Source of the DNA: Clostridia bacterium
Lineage (GTDB): Bacteria > Bacillota > Clostridia > Monoglobales > Monoglobaceae
Reading direction: 5' to 3'
Assembly (NCBI GenBank): GCA_045579055.1
Contig: JAZNLK010000136.1
Coordinates: 10,732-74,731, forward strand
DNA length: 64,000 nucleotides
The first letter of the stretch is position 1. Each line of letters starts with the position of its first letter. Below the pieces are notes generated by a model. That model made no database searches. It was not told the DNA's origin and saw only the letters and a list, made by a program, of their open reading frames with translations. Positions 35,801 through 44,406 of this stretch are shown piece after piece. Position numbers and translations under genes: made by a program.

Positions 35801-37110
35801 CCTGCAGAAACACGGTATGTGCCCATCTTGGCATTTTCAAGAACGTATTCATAACCGGGTGCATAACCTCTGCCAACATTCAGACCGTTCACGAAGTAGT
35901 CAACATATTCAACATCTTCCGCTACTTCTGCCTTGAAAGTGATGTTTGAGCTTTCAGCATATTCCGAGCCGTTGGGAGGTGTTGTGAGGTTAACCTCAGG
36001 GAAATATGGCTTATAGTGTATATTTCCCAACTCAACGTGGTAGTGGTCAAGCTGGTTTGCCTGAATCAAAAAGCGAAGAAGGGGCGTCTGTGCCGGATTC
36101 TTCATCATTTTATAACGGGCAATCTCGCCACCATCCATATAAAGCGTCATATATTCTCCGCGAACCTCTATTTTCCAATTGTGCCATTCATGACCGATGT
36201 CCACCTGAATTCCCATACCGCCAATGGGGTTTGAGTCAGCACAAGCGGTACGGATACGATCAGGGCTGATATACTGATAGTTGTTGTATCCTGTTGTTGC
36301 AGCCTTGAACTGCATTTCCTCGGAGCTGTAGTCATGAACCTGAAGTCCGAATTCCATATCATAGTTTTCGGTGGTTTTCGGAGCACGTTCAACCTGATAG
36401 TTTCCTGCCCTGCCTGTTGTATTGATTTCAATATTTCCTTTTTCGTTTACAAAAAGGTTGTCGCAGTCGGTTATCGTCCAGCCATCAAAGGATTCCGCCC
36501 AGTTGGTTGTAAATTCGGGTGTGTATTCAGTTTCCAAAGGTGCAACCAGAAACGGAGGTGCAAAATCCTTGCCGTCCACAGTTGTCAGGGAGAAGTTTTC
36601 AATCAGAACATTACCCGAAGCAGAAGATGCAAAGAAAAGAGCCCTTGGATTCCAGTTATTCTCCTGGGTGGTTCCGGTGTGCACCAGATTATTATCTATA
36701 AAAATACGCAATACATCTCCCGAAGCCTCAAGACGATAGTCATGCCAGGAGGTGTTGGTTGTGTATCTTGTGCTGCCGCCGTTGTAATCGTTTATGTAGT
36801 TCTGATATACATAAATGCCCGCTCTGCGGCTTCCGTTACAGAGATAAAAGCCCTGATAGGAGTTGCTTCCCCAACTTTCAATCTTCATTGAAAACTTAAT
36901 AATATATTCAGAGGGAACAGAAGGTGTCATATCCGCACCTCCGCCGCTCCCTGCGGGTATTATAAGCAAGTCGCCGTCTATTTTTGAAGTTATAAGATTC
37001 CATGTACTCCAAGGAGAGGCTTCTGCCGCTGAAACCTTCAAGGATGTGAAGATTGGCAGAATGCAGCTTGCCAGCATAATTATTGAACAAATTAAAGCTA
37101 ACTTTTTCAT
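32842..37110 (-). CDS. Giant secreted protein A5 (1422 aa): several concanavalin/LamG-like jelly rolls, Ig-like domains, a BNR/Asp-box propeller and a C-terminal stalk-like domain; no recognisable anchor
   Basis: Signal peptide MKKLALICSIIMLASCILPIFTSLKVSAA. Asp-boxes TTDNGETW, SEDDGENW, SKDNGVTF and SYDGMQSW. It is a paralog of 47186-52777. RBS GGGAGG. Confidence 0.8.
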   Translation of the reverse strand: MKKLALICSIIMLASCILPIFTSLKVSAAEASPWSTWNLITSKIDGDLLIIPAGSGGGADMTPSVPSEYIIKFSMKIESWGSNSYQGFYLCNGSRRAGIYVYQNYINDYNGGSTRYTTNTSWHDYRLEASGDVLRIFIDNNLVHTGTTQENNWNPRALFFASSASGNVLIENFSLTTVDGKDFAPPFLVAPLETEYTPEFTTNWAESFDGWTITDCDNLFVNEKGNIEINTTGRAGNYQVERAPKTTENYDMEFGLQVHDYSSEEMQFKAATTGYNNYQYISPDRIRTACADSNPIGGMGIQVDIGHEWHNWKIEVRGEYMTLYMDGGEIARYKMMKNPAQTPLLRFLIQANQLDHYHVELGNIHYKPYFPEVNLTTPPNGSEYAESSNITFKAEVAEDVEYVDYFVNGLNVGRGYAPGYEYVLENAKMGTYRVSAGIGDKKSVEHIINVVKGFEAKVQADKTQVTYGENVNFSIETDILNEGVMPTSVEYYTDGQKIGEASVAPFVFSTPLLKAGTAEVYAIIKNNNGAQFKADSVYINVKTDGNQNAVFDREYSIGYDVTAENANVEIADGYFGLKLNHSGGKTTVVTKDGTEEFALGKGNYKVDVTSGYAIVYYNGHLAFTALLPKTEVANLIKYDGVQNFALGGTGVKTTVMAERWAKIPAYSRTVANLTHNYSIEFDKLDASDETITFYDGFYKVELVMKDGKITTNTQTLLAKGKPEFTLNGEVKPGYWRITVAKGLVQVWCDNVYVDSFAAPTSATPARLIREMSNPSASTLIAIKNTNDKFTHNENFEGTTELDALDFWLPDEESGIDAKIKSGAMELSGTGTYLLNGQSNDVVMKWQAKVSDTKDFYVTTRLFKNWYNMKAGYDFVKGKWYLKEWSAYGFYPQNTRTDYEGKALSPDEWHDFELVTKEGYFELKCDGETVVKKENVVFPFNGYTGIGLVEGSAIIDNVEYTGRCAVTGAVKSAVISDQVGICEISDRADGSVYVWQSNTGYRKTTDNGETWSEFVAERKPYAENRLRLYDGRLLEIRVGDLSKPQEAWVSEDDGENWQFMGYTSADDGRRRVLLTGSMTQAKNGRVFLGIDYGISEYGTNGMITTWYSDNLKDWYLTETVNDAKITEQNFQESSHVELPDGTIRWYARSGDGFVMYADSKDNGVTFGEWRPSQLIAPLCTYAVERDNEDPNTYWAIMQNDAVTYDYRYIHRPRNRFALVVSYDGMQSWEYVATLNETTECPSYDACNHVLRVFGDTVYIQWNNLHTPRRSITYAIDKNKVRSQKRFEEIHPRYNWGISSGSHMATSCVLPKTSGTAVIYGVNTAVDVQDGYDAETIAKVFGAEFAGNGTFKMGNAVVTFTEGSASYTVNGETKTFDEACLKNGYFNIKACAEAFGKEFSETENSYIVWYNAPLADVYMNEINN

Positions 37111-37124
37111 ATCATCAAACCTCC

Positions 37125-39785
37125 CTATTTCTCTTCAAGAACAAATACTGTTCTCACCGTGCTGCCCGAAATATAAACCACTACCACAGAGGCATTTTCG
37201 GGGTCATCAGCATACGTTTTAAGATCCTCAACGCTTCCTTCCGTAAAGCTTATATTGCCTCTCAGGTCTTCCATAATCATCACCTTTGCCGAAGAAAGGG
37301 GCAAAGAATCTCGTCCAACAGTTTCATCAAACTCACCGGGATCGCTTTCCAGACAGGTTGTCAGCAATAACTTACCCGATGATGCATCGAGTACTGTTCC
37401 CACAACCATACATTCGCCGTCGGCATACGGAGGATTTGTTGTACCGTGATTTCCGCCTCCAAGCTTGAAAACACGTTTTGCAGATGGATTTACAAGGCTT
37501 GGCATTGCATCGGTGGATGGGTCTGAAATTCCGATTACTTCACTCTTGATATTTGTTGTTATTCTGATGAAGTCACCGGGATTCAGCTTTTCATAAGCCG
37601 CATAGGCAGCCTCATTTATCACTTGTGTCTTGAGATTGCCGTTTCCTGCATCAATAACCTCAAGTGTCTTTACCACATCTCCGTCATCATTGAGAGCCTG
37701 CGTTTTGTCCTGAACAATAAACGACCCCCAGGTTCCGTGATTAAATACCAATCTGTATACATACGCAAAATCCGCCACACGGCTGTCAGGGTCTACGTTA
37801 CATACGTCAATGTAGTCATAATCCCATGTGTTCAGACTCATACCTTCAGCAAGATTGTAGTATTCATAATCAAGCTCCGAATATACATCCTTGAAGGGAA
37901 CACGGTATGCCCTGTTGTCCTTTGTTGCAGCAACAAACGCACCTGTGTCTCTGTTATAAAAGCTGCTGCTTGTTCTTGAATATTTATAGGATTCGGTTTC
38001 CAGGCGTCTGAGACTTGTTTCCGCATCCTCGTGGTCTGCATCGAAATAGAGTGTATCAAGTGCAATAAGCTTGCCTTCACTGTTAAGTGTATATTTAACA
38101 GGCTGTGCAACCTCACCTTCGTCATAAGGCTTTACCGAAAGCTTTGCAGATTCCAGAAGACGAGCTTTGATGTCAGCAGCCTTGCAGGCAACACCGTCAA
38201 TCTTCACATTCTTGTTCATATCAAAAGTTGCCGCCTTCAGGTCTGTCTGCATCAGACGGAACTGAATTGTGTCGCCGAAAATTTCAGGCTCACTTACGCT
38301 CACAAGGTAGCCGTAGCTGTTCATTGAACCTGCAACTTCCACAATGACAATCATATCCTCGTATGTATAGAGTGTTACTGTTGCACCTGCTTTGATTTCC
38401 GACCTGGAGTCTTCGTCCATGCCGTCCCAGAGCTTGTAGGTAACCTCACCCACCGTCACTCTTTCATCAGTCACACTGCCAAGACGTGAATTTGCTTTTG
38501 CATCCTTGAGAACCTCAATCACAACCTTGTCGTAGCCCGAATCCACTTTGGTGCGGCGTACTGCAAGAAGATCACGGTTGATTATTCTGTCGAAGTCATA
38601 TGCCTTGCCGTCCTTTGTGACACTAACCTCATCTGAATTTTCAAGCTCAAGGTCTTTTCCGTCCTGAACCGCAAAAATCGTCATTTTGCTTGGATTCGTT
38701 GACTCTGCAAGAATAAATTCCACACTATCAATCAAAACAACATCAAAAGTTTTGTCGTTGTTGTTATCAACAAGCGTAACCTTGCCGTACGCAGGCACCA
38801 TCTCTTCCGGGTCAAGTGCCGGATATGCTCCACCGTTGAAAATAATTGAAGCAGATTTGGAAATCTTGACCTCTTTGTCCTTGTTGTTCTGTTCATAAGT
38901 ATAAGTAAAATCAGAATAGCTGATAATTTCATCATAGTTCAAAATAAGCTCATTGTTTTTCTCGTCCTTAGTCATAAAAACAACATCTTTGCCATCTGCG
39001 TCTGCTTTATAATAATACTTAACCCTGTAACCAAGGAAAGCCGATGCGTCGCCGTCATAGTTATGAACTGTGCCACCGATTGAAACTGTATTGTCGTTTA
39101 TTGTATCCAGAATTTCATCAAGTCCCGTATCGGAGGTTGCATCAAGAACCGCACGGTCTGAAACCACACCGCGGAGATGCTCCGCACCCAGATAATCCTG
39201 ACTGATTTCATAGCTTATTCCGTCACCGAAGCCCACAATTTTGCAGGCAGGAGCATGAAGTGCATTGTAAATCATCTTCAGAAACTCACCGCAAGTCACT
39301 GCATCACGGATTTTAACTCCGTCCATAATTCCTGTTTTGAGCATTACGGCATCAAAGCTTGTCACCGCAATATAGTCCTTGAAACCGAGAATATTCGCAA
39401 GAACTCTTGCGGCTTCTTTGGTTGAAATGTTCTGAACAGGACGAAAACGACCGTCAGGATATCCAATCATATAACCCATATCAGAAACCGCCTTGATATA
39501 ACCAAAGTACGGAGTTTCGGTTGTTACATCGTAATAAACGCTGTCATATCCAGAAGCCGTTGCCGCCGAGATGTCCGTCAGCTTGCAGAAATACTCCGCT
39601 GCCTGAGCTCTTGTGAGACTCTTTTCAAGGTCAACCGAGTCCGCATCTTCAATAATATCGAATGCTGCAAGAAGTGCCAGTTGCTTGGCTGTCACAGCTT
39701 CAGATTCCGCCTCAGAAAAGGCAGGAATATAAAGAGCTGATACAACCAGAACCAATGACAAAATAAGTGCTGATATTTTTTTCAT
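37125..39785 (-). CDS. SLH-domain surface protein A4 (886 aa; N-terminal SLH repeats plus a long beta-rich region)
   Basis: The ATG at 39785 (MKKISALILSLVLVVSALYIPAFS) has RBS GGAAGGAA. SLH-like repeats are present (TRAQAAEYFCKL; FGYIKAVSDMGYMIGYPDGRFRPVQNISTKEAARVLANIL). It is a paralog of 56978-60250. Confidence 0.8.
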   Translation of the reverse strand: MKKISALILSLVLVVSALYIPAFSEAESEAVTAKQLALLAAFDIIEDADSVDLEKSLTRAQAAEYFCKLTDISAATASGYDSVYYDVTTETPYFGYIKAVSDMGYMIGYPDGRFRPVQNISTKEAARVLANILGFKDYIAVTSFDAVMLKTGIMDGVKIRDAVTCGEFLKMIYNALHAPACKIVGFGDGISYEISQDYLGAEHLRGVVSDRAVLDATSDTGLDEILDTINDNTVSIGGTVHNYDGDASAFLGYRVKYYYKADADGKDVVFMTKDEKNNELILNYDEIISYSDFTYTYEQNNKDKEVKISKSASIIFNGGAYPALDPEEMVPAYGKVTLVDNNNDKTFDVVLIDSVEFILAESTNPSKMTIFAVQDGKDLELENSDEVSVTKDGKAYDFDRIINRDLLAVRRTKVDSGYDKVVIEVLKDAKANSRLGSVTDERVTVGEVTYKLWDGMDEDSRSEIKAGATVTLYTYEDMIVIVEVAGSMNSYGYLVSVSEPEIFGDTIQFRLMQTDLKAATFDMNKNVKIDGVACKAADIKARLLESAKLSVKPYDEGEVAQPVKYTLNSEGKLIALDTLYFDADHEDAETSLRRLETESYKYSRTSSSFYNRDTGAFVAATKDNRAYRVPFKDVYSELDYEYYNLAEGMSLNTWDYDYIDVCNVDPDSRVADFAYVYRLVFNHGTWGSFIVQDKTQALNDDGDVVKTLEVIDAGNGNLKTQVINEAAYAAYEKLNPGDFIRITTNIKSEVIGISDPSTDAMPSLVNPSAKRVFKLGGGNHGTTNPPYADGECMVVGTVLDASSGKLLLTTCLESDPGEFDETVGRDSLPLSSAKVMIMEDLRGNISFTEGSVEDLKTYADDPENASVVVVYISGSTVRTVFVLEEK

Positions 39786-39804
39786 AATATTTCCTTCCTT
39801 TCTG

Positions 39805-42168
39805 TTAAATCTGACCTTCAATATATTTGAATATGTTGTGGAAGAACACAGCCGCTTCCGCACGGGTTACGGGGTTATTGGGGTTGAAGTTGCCCAAATC
39901 ATCACCCTGAACAATTCCCGCCTGCTGGAATGTCACCACGTCATTGTATGCATATTCAGGAATTTCGATATAGTCACCAAACACCTTTGCAGGGGTCTTT
40001 TCTTCAATAAGAAATCCCTTTGAACGAATGAGACGTGCCGCCATTGCCACCATATCAGCACGGGTAACATTTTCACCGATACCGAATGTTCCGTCACCCT
40101 TGCCCTTTGTAACCCCAAGGGCATAAGCCGTGCAAATCGTGTCAAAATACCATTCGCCGTTCTTCACATCGGCAAAAACATTTGTCCCGCCTGATTTTGC
40201 GTCAATATAACAGGTCTTGAGGAGCATTGAAAGCAGTTCTTCACGGGTCACACTGTCTCCAGGACGGTAATTTCCCTTTCCGTCACCCTGAACAACGCTG
40301 ATATTACGCAATGCATTGATTGCCTTCTCTGCCCATTCATAACCTTCAAGGTCTTTGAAAGCTTCAACGGGCTTTCTTTCTTCTTCAAGAGGAGTTTTTT
40401 CGGGTTCGATAACAATATCGGGAGCGATTTCAACATTTGTTGAACCGCCGGAGAAGCCTCCTCCGCCGCCACCGCCGCCTGAAGGTCTGGATACCTTGTC
40501 TTCTTCTGCCTCTTCTTCAAATTCCTTCTGTTCTTCATACGCAATCTTATAGGCATCAATAATATCCTGAACACATTCAAAGGTCTTTCCAACCATTCTC
40601 AAATATACGCCCTTGCTGCTGACTTTTTTGTTGTCTTCCGAAAGCTCTTTCAGTTCTTCATAGGTTGATGAAACCTCCGCAAGGTCTGCAAAATCGTCTT
40701 CGATTGCCTTTTCCATTTTCGCCCACAGCTCACGTTCTGAATAATCATTCATCTTGTCGATGAAGGTCTTCACATTATTTGCAATTTCATCAAGCACAAT
40801 TATTTCTGTCGCAACCTCTTCGGGAACTGTGATGCTGTCATAATCCTTTTCCGCAAACAGTTCACAAAGAATTTTTGTCTTTGCTTCGCTGTAGCCTGCA
40901 CCAACCGCAAGAATTTCGCTGTATTCATCAAGGAACGCCTTTGCCTCGGTCGTATCGGTGATTGTCTTGAATTCATCGGTCATTTCGGTGAGAACCGCCT
41001 CGGAATAAAGAGGAATTATGAACTGATATGTATTCACATCAAAGCCCGAAACACGAATTCTTCCCTCATCCCGATCGCCGTAAAGACTTGGGTCAACAGC
41101 AAAGGTTGCCGAAAATGCACCTTCCTGGTCAGTCTTAACCTGATAGATTGTCAGAAGTGCAGGACCTGCCGCATTGGAGTCAATTGCGTGGAATACAATA
41201 TTTCTCACAGCAAAATCATCAACTCTGCCTGATATTGTAATACGGTTTCCGTTTATTGAAATCTTCCATTCATCCGCAAAATCAAATGCACGGTCATCTG
41301 TCACCTTGCCGTATATGGTTTCCGCATCCAGCTGAGCTTCTCTTGCCGCCACAAAAGCCGCTTCCACATCCGCAAATGTGGTATATGCCTCGGTGTAACT
41401 TTCAGCCAGTTTTTTATACATTTCAGTCTCGTTCTGAATGAGGGGAACCGCTGTGCTGAAGGGGAGTATATGTGCATAAGTAACCGTCAAAAGATTCTTC
41501 AGAGCACCAATATCGCCGTTTTCACCCGCTTCATTAATTGCATCGAAAAAGGCTCTGTATTCTGTTATGTATTCCAACAAGCCGTTAATCGTTGTGGCAA
41601 CCGAAGTACAGTCTTCAACCTCCGTCGGGGGATTATTCTCATAACTCTGATACATCAGTTCAAGCTCGTCCTGAGAATATGTTTCGGAAATTCCCAGCAT
41701 CTCGTTGTATGATGCAAAAAACTCACCCAAAGCCTGTGCACTTGTTATTGCCCCGAATGCCTCAACACAAGCATCAATCTCCGCCTGTGAATAAAGAGGA
41801 ATGCCGATTATTTTTCTTGAATTGTAACCCAATGCCCCCACCGTAATTGAGGCAGTGGCATCCGCATCATATCTTTCAGGGTTCAGAACAAGCATAAATT
41901 CGAACGTGCCTGCCGCATCGGAGAACACCTGACGTGATGCAATGTTTGTGGTGCCGTCTGTTACATAAAATGAAACACTTGTCTTTTTTGCAGTTGCCAC
42001 CGAACCGCTGACTGTCACTGTATTCGCAACTGTTCTGACTGTAAGATTTTTGAAATCACCCTTAGTACTGTCGGAGGTTACCGCATCGCCCATAAGTGCC
42101 GCCGAAACCGAAGCCGTCAGCATACAAACTGTCAAAGCAAGGGCAACCAAGATTCTTGATATTTTCAT
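39805..42168 (-). CDS. SLH-domain surface protein A3 (787 aa; two Ig-like-plus-helical modules, a poly-Gly linker and a C-terminal SLH triplet)
   Basis: A signal peptide is followed by an internal duplication (TVSGSV..SFYVTDG.. and ITISGRV..VFHAIDS..). The linker is PSGGGGGGGGFSGGS. Three SLH repeats are present (FKDLEGYEWAEKAI.., FADVKNGEWYFD.., FGDYIEIPEYAY..). Confidence 0.8.
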   Translation of the reverse strand: MKISRILVALALTVCMLTASVSAALMGDAVTSDSTKGDFKNLTVRTVANTVTVSGSVATAKKTSVSFYVTDGTTNIASRQVFSDAAGTFEFMLVLNPERYDADATASITVGALGYNSRKIIGIPLYSQAEIDACVEAFGAITSAQALGEFFASYNEMLGISETYSQDELELMYQSYENNPPTEVEDCTSVATTINGLLEYITEYRAFFDAINEAGENGDIGALKNLLTVTYAHILPFSTAVPLIQNETEMYKKLAESYTEAYTTFADVEAAFVAAREAQLDAETIYGKVTDDRAFDFADEWKISINGNRITISGRVDDFAVRNIVFHAIDSNAAGPALLTIYQVKTDQEGAFSATFAVDPSLYGDRDEGRIRVSGFDVNTYQFIIPLYSEAVLTEMTDEFKTITDTTEAKAFLDEYSEILAVGAGYSEAKTKILCELFAEKDYDSITVPEEVATEIIVLDEIANNVKTFIDKMNDYSERELWAKMEKAIEDDFADLAEVSSTYEELKELSEDNKKVSSKGVYLRMVGKTFECVQDIIDAYKIAYEEQKEFEEEAEEDKVSRPSGGGGGGGGFSGGSTNVEIAPDIVIEPEKTPLEEERKPVEAFKDLEGYEWAEKAINALRNISVVQGDGKGNYRPGDSVTREELLSMLLKTCYIDAKSGGTNVFADVKNGEWYFDTICTAYALGVTKGKGDGTFGIGENVTRADMVAMAARLIRSKGFLIEEKTPAKVFGDYIEIPEYAYNDVVTFQQAGIVQGDDLGNFNPNNPVTRAEAAVFFHNIFKYIEGQI

Positions 42169-42181
42169 ATTTTTGCCCTCC

Positions 42182-43147
42182 TTATCTTAATTCCACTGCA
42201 TCCGAAAGCGGTCTGATATTCATCATATCATCCAGAACATAAAGCCCTGCAAAACCGCCCTCCAACTTGTCTGCAAAATCTGTTGTGTCAACTTCAATTG
42301 TAACATCATTGTCGCCCACAGCCAGGTCTTTCACAACCTGTGTACAGTTGACCATTCTCATATTCTTATCAAAGAACACCATAACGGGAGTTGCTGTTGA
42401 ACCCTTGGCATAATAGGTTACACCATTATCGGTTGCCTTTGTCACATCACCGCAGACGATTTTCATATCCGCTGCGAGAGTTCCTGCTGTAACATCTTCA
42501 ATTCCCGAAACCTCGCTTCCGTCCATACTGAACAGAACGGCCTTAGCATAAACGCCTTCGAAAATTCTTATATTATCAAAATAACTGCTATGCTTCAGAC
42601 AATACATTCTCCACATGGCACTGGCTTCACCGGTATTGGCAATAGATGTGTTTACAACAAATCCAAAAGGTTCATTCACATCTCTCTTTTTGCGGTAAAC
42701 CGTACCTCCGCTGACATCCTCGTTCATTACCATAACATAAGTATACCAAGTATCCGCTTCATGAGAAAGTGCCGATATTTGCAAAACACACTTGGGTCTG
42801 TCACCATCAATGGTACCACCGTTCAACTCAACATATATATATCCACCGTCAACCTTCTGCCCGATTTTGAAGTCAAACATCATAACACCGCCATTGGGAA
42901 GGCTCGAAACAGATGAGTTGATTCTGTTAAGTAGAGTTTCACCGGTGCTGTTGTCAAAATGCACAACAGTATTGTCCCCTTCAGTCACTTCAACTCTTGC
43001 CGCACCCTTGGGTGGATCGTTTGCCTCAAACACATCCACTCCGTTTTCGAAGTCCACATTCAGATATTCCGCCGCAGACACACCAACTGTCAGCAATAGG
43101 CAGACAATTGCCGTCATCAAAGCCACTTTTAAAATCTTTTTTAGCAT
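42182..43147 (-). CDS. Small secreted lectin-like protein A2 (321 aa; jelly-roll plus a C-terminal beta-sandwich module)
   Basis: The ATG at 43147 (MLKKILKVALMTAIVCLLLTVGVSAA) has RBS GGGAGGG. It belongs to the same family as 43161-44213 and 53105-54622. Confidence 0.7.
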   Translation of the reverse strand: MLKKILKVALMTAIVCLLLTVGVSAAEYLNVDFENGVDVFEANDPPKGAARVEVTEGDNTVVHFDNSTGETLLNRINSSVSSLPNGGVMMFDFKIGQKVDGGYIYVELNGGTIDGDRPKCVLQISALSHEADTWYTYVMVMNEDVSGGTVYRKKRDVNEPFGFVVNTSIANTGEASAMWRMYCLKHSSYFDNIRIFEGVYAKAVLFSMDGSEVSGIEDVTAGTLAADMKIVCGDVTKATDNGVTYYAKGSTATPVMVFFDKNMRMVNCTQVVKDLAVGDNDVTIEVDTTDFADKLEGGFAGLYVLDDMMNIRPLSDAVELR

Positions 43148-43160
43148 TGTTATCCCTCCC

Positions 43161-44213
43161 TTAGTAAAGCTCAACAGCATCCATCAAAGGCTCTGCCGTG
43201 ACGAAGTCCTTCCACATATAGTAGCCGATGTAGCCACCGTCCAGCTTGTCATAAAATCCCGATGTATCAATATCCAAAGATATGGTCTGCTTGCCGGCTT
43301 TCACCGTAACACCCTCAAGGGTAACGCAATCAATCATCTTGCCTGACGCATCATAAACAACCGCAAAGGGAAAAACCTCTCCACCGTCGGTAACTATTGT
43401 CTGACCGCCCGACACCGTTGTCTTAACATCTCCGCTGATAAAATCCGTTGTGGCAGTGAGTGTTCCGTTTGTGACCTGACTCAGCTCAGTGATTGCTTCG
43501 CCGTCCATTTCAAAGTGTCCGCCGGTTCCCACACCGCCCTGACAAAAGCAGATGTTGTCAATCATATAGTCAACCTGACCGCCATAAATACGGAAGTCAC
43601 CATTGACAGTTCCGGTCACATTTCCTCTTGCCTGGTTTCTCACAAAAGTATAAGGCTCATCAGAGTCTCTTTCCTTGCGGTAAAGTGCCAAGGATGAAAA
43701 ATCGCTGTTCACGTGAGCAATATATGAATACCAAACATCATTCTCGGGAGTGAGACGGAAGCCGTCAGCATAATTCATCATTGTCAGACCGATTCTGGGA
43801 CGGTTGCCCGAAGGACCACCCTTGCTAAGCTCAATCATAACATATTTTATAGCATTGCTTGCCGTCAGATCACCGGTTGTTGAAAGCTGTATAAAGTCAA
43901 AAGCAAACATACATTCGCCATCAATAACGCTTGATGCCGCCATATGGCTGTCAATTACACCTGCACCGCTTGCACCTGATTTTCGGTTCACAAACTTCAC
44001 AACCGTGTTGCCCGGCTTATAGGGATCCTCAATTACTTCGCGCATCAAAAGCTCCGAATTGGAAGTGCCGCTGGAAAATCCGCTTTTGTTGTCGTTTTCC
44101 GAAACATTCTCAAAGTCCTGATAAAAAGGCTGTACTCCTGCCGCAGATACATTCACCGCAAAAAGCGACAAAAGCATCACACACACAAGCATCATTGTTA
44201 AAACTTTTTTCAT
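43161..44213 (-). CDS. Small secreted lectin-like protein A1 (350 aa); first gene of the locus A operon
   Basis: Signal peptide MKKVLTMMLVCVMLLSLFAVNVSAA. RBS AAGGAGG. The C-terminal module ends GYYMWKDFVTAEPLMDAVELY. Confidence 0.7.
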   Translation of the reverse strand: MKKVLTMMLVCVMLLSLFAVNVSAAGVQPFYQDFENVSENDNKSGFSSGTSNSELLMREVIEDPYKPGNTVVKFVNRKSGASGAGVIDSHMAASSVIDGECMFAFDFIQLSTTGDLTASNAIKYVMIELSKGGPSGNRPRIGLTMMNYADGFRLTPENDVWYSYIAHVNSDFSSLALYRKERDSDEPYTFVRNQARGNVTGTVNGDFRIYGGQVDYMIDNICFCQGGVGTGGHFEMDGEAITELSQVTNGTLTATTDFISGDVKTTVSGGQTIVTDGGEVFPFAVVYDASGKMIDCVTLEGVTVKAGKQTISLDIDTSGFYDKLDGGYIGYYMWKDFVTAEPLMDAVELY

Positions 44214-44259
44214 TTCCTTTCCTCCTTGGATAAATTGAAATTTATACCTTTATGATAAA

Positions 44260-44288
44260 ATTATATATATAATACAGTCAAAAGTAAA
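44260..44288 (-). promoter_or_regulatory. Putative promoter of the locus A operon
   Basis: On the minus strand, TTTACT (44288-44283), a 17-nt spacer, then TATAAT (44265-44260). It lies 7 nt downstream of motif copy (b). Confidence 0.5.
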
Positions 44289-44295
44289 TGCAACT

Positions 44296-44325
44296 TTCTA
44301 CTTTTTTTATTGATATATCCTACTG
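44296..44325 (-). promoter_or_regulatory. Copy (b) of the 29-bp direct-repeat motif
   Basis: The minus-strand reading is CAGTAGGATATATCAATAAAAAAAGTAGAA. A flanking block of about 55 nt is homologous to 46216-46270. Confidence 0.5.
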
Positions 44326-44329
44326 TTTG

Positions 44330-44389
44330 ATATAAAAAAGCCGTTTTAGAGAAAGTATATGGTAATTAATCCATTATTTTCTCCAAAAC
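44330..44389 (-). terminator. Terminator of the GH2 gene (44407-46161)
   Basis: Stem GTTTTAGAGAAA / TTTCTCCAAAAC (44343-44354 and 44378-44389) with an inner ATGG/CCAT pairing. On the minus strand it is followed by GGCTTTTTTATATC. Confidence 0.55.
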
Positions 44390-44406
44390 AGCTTGAAAAT
44401 GCCCTG

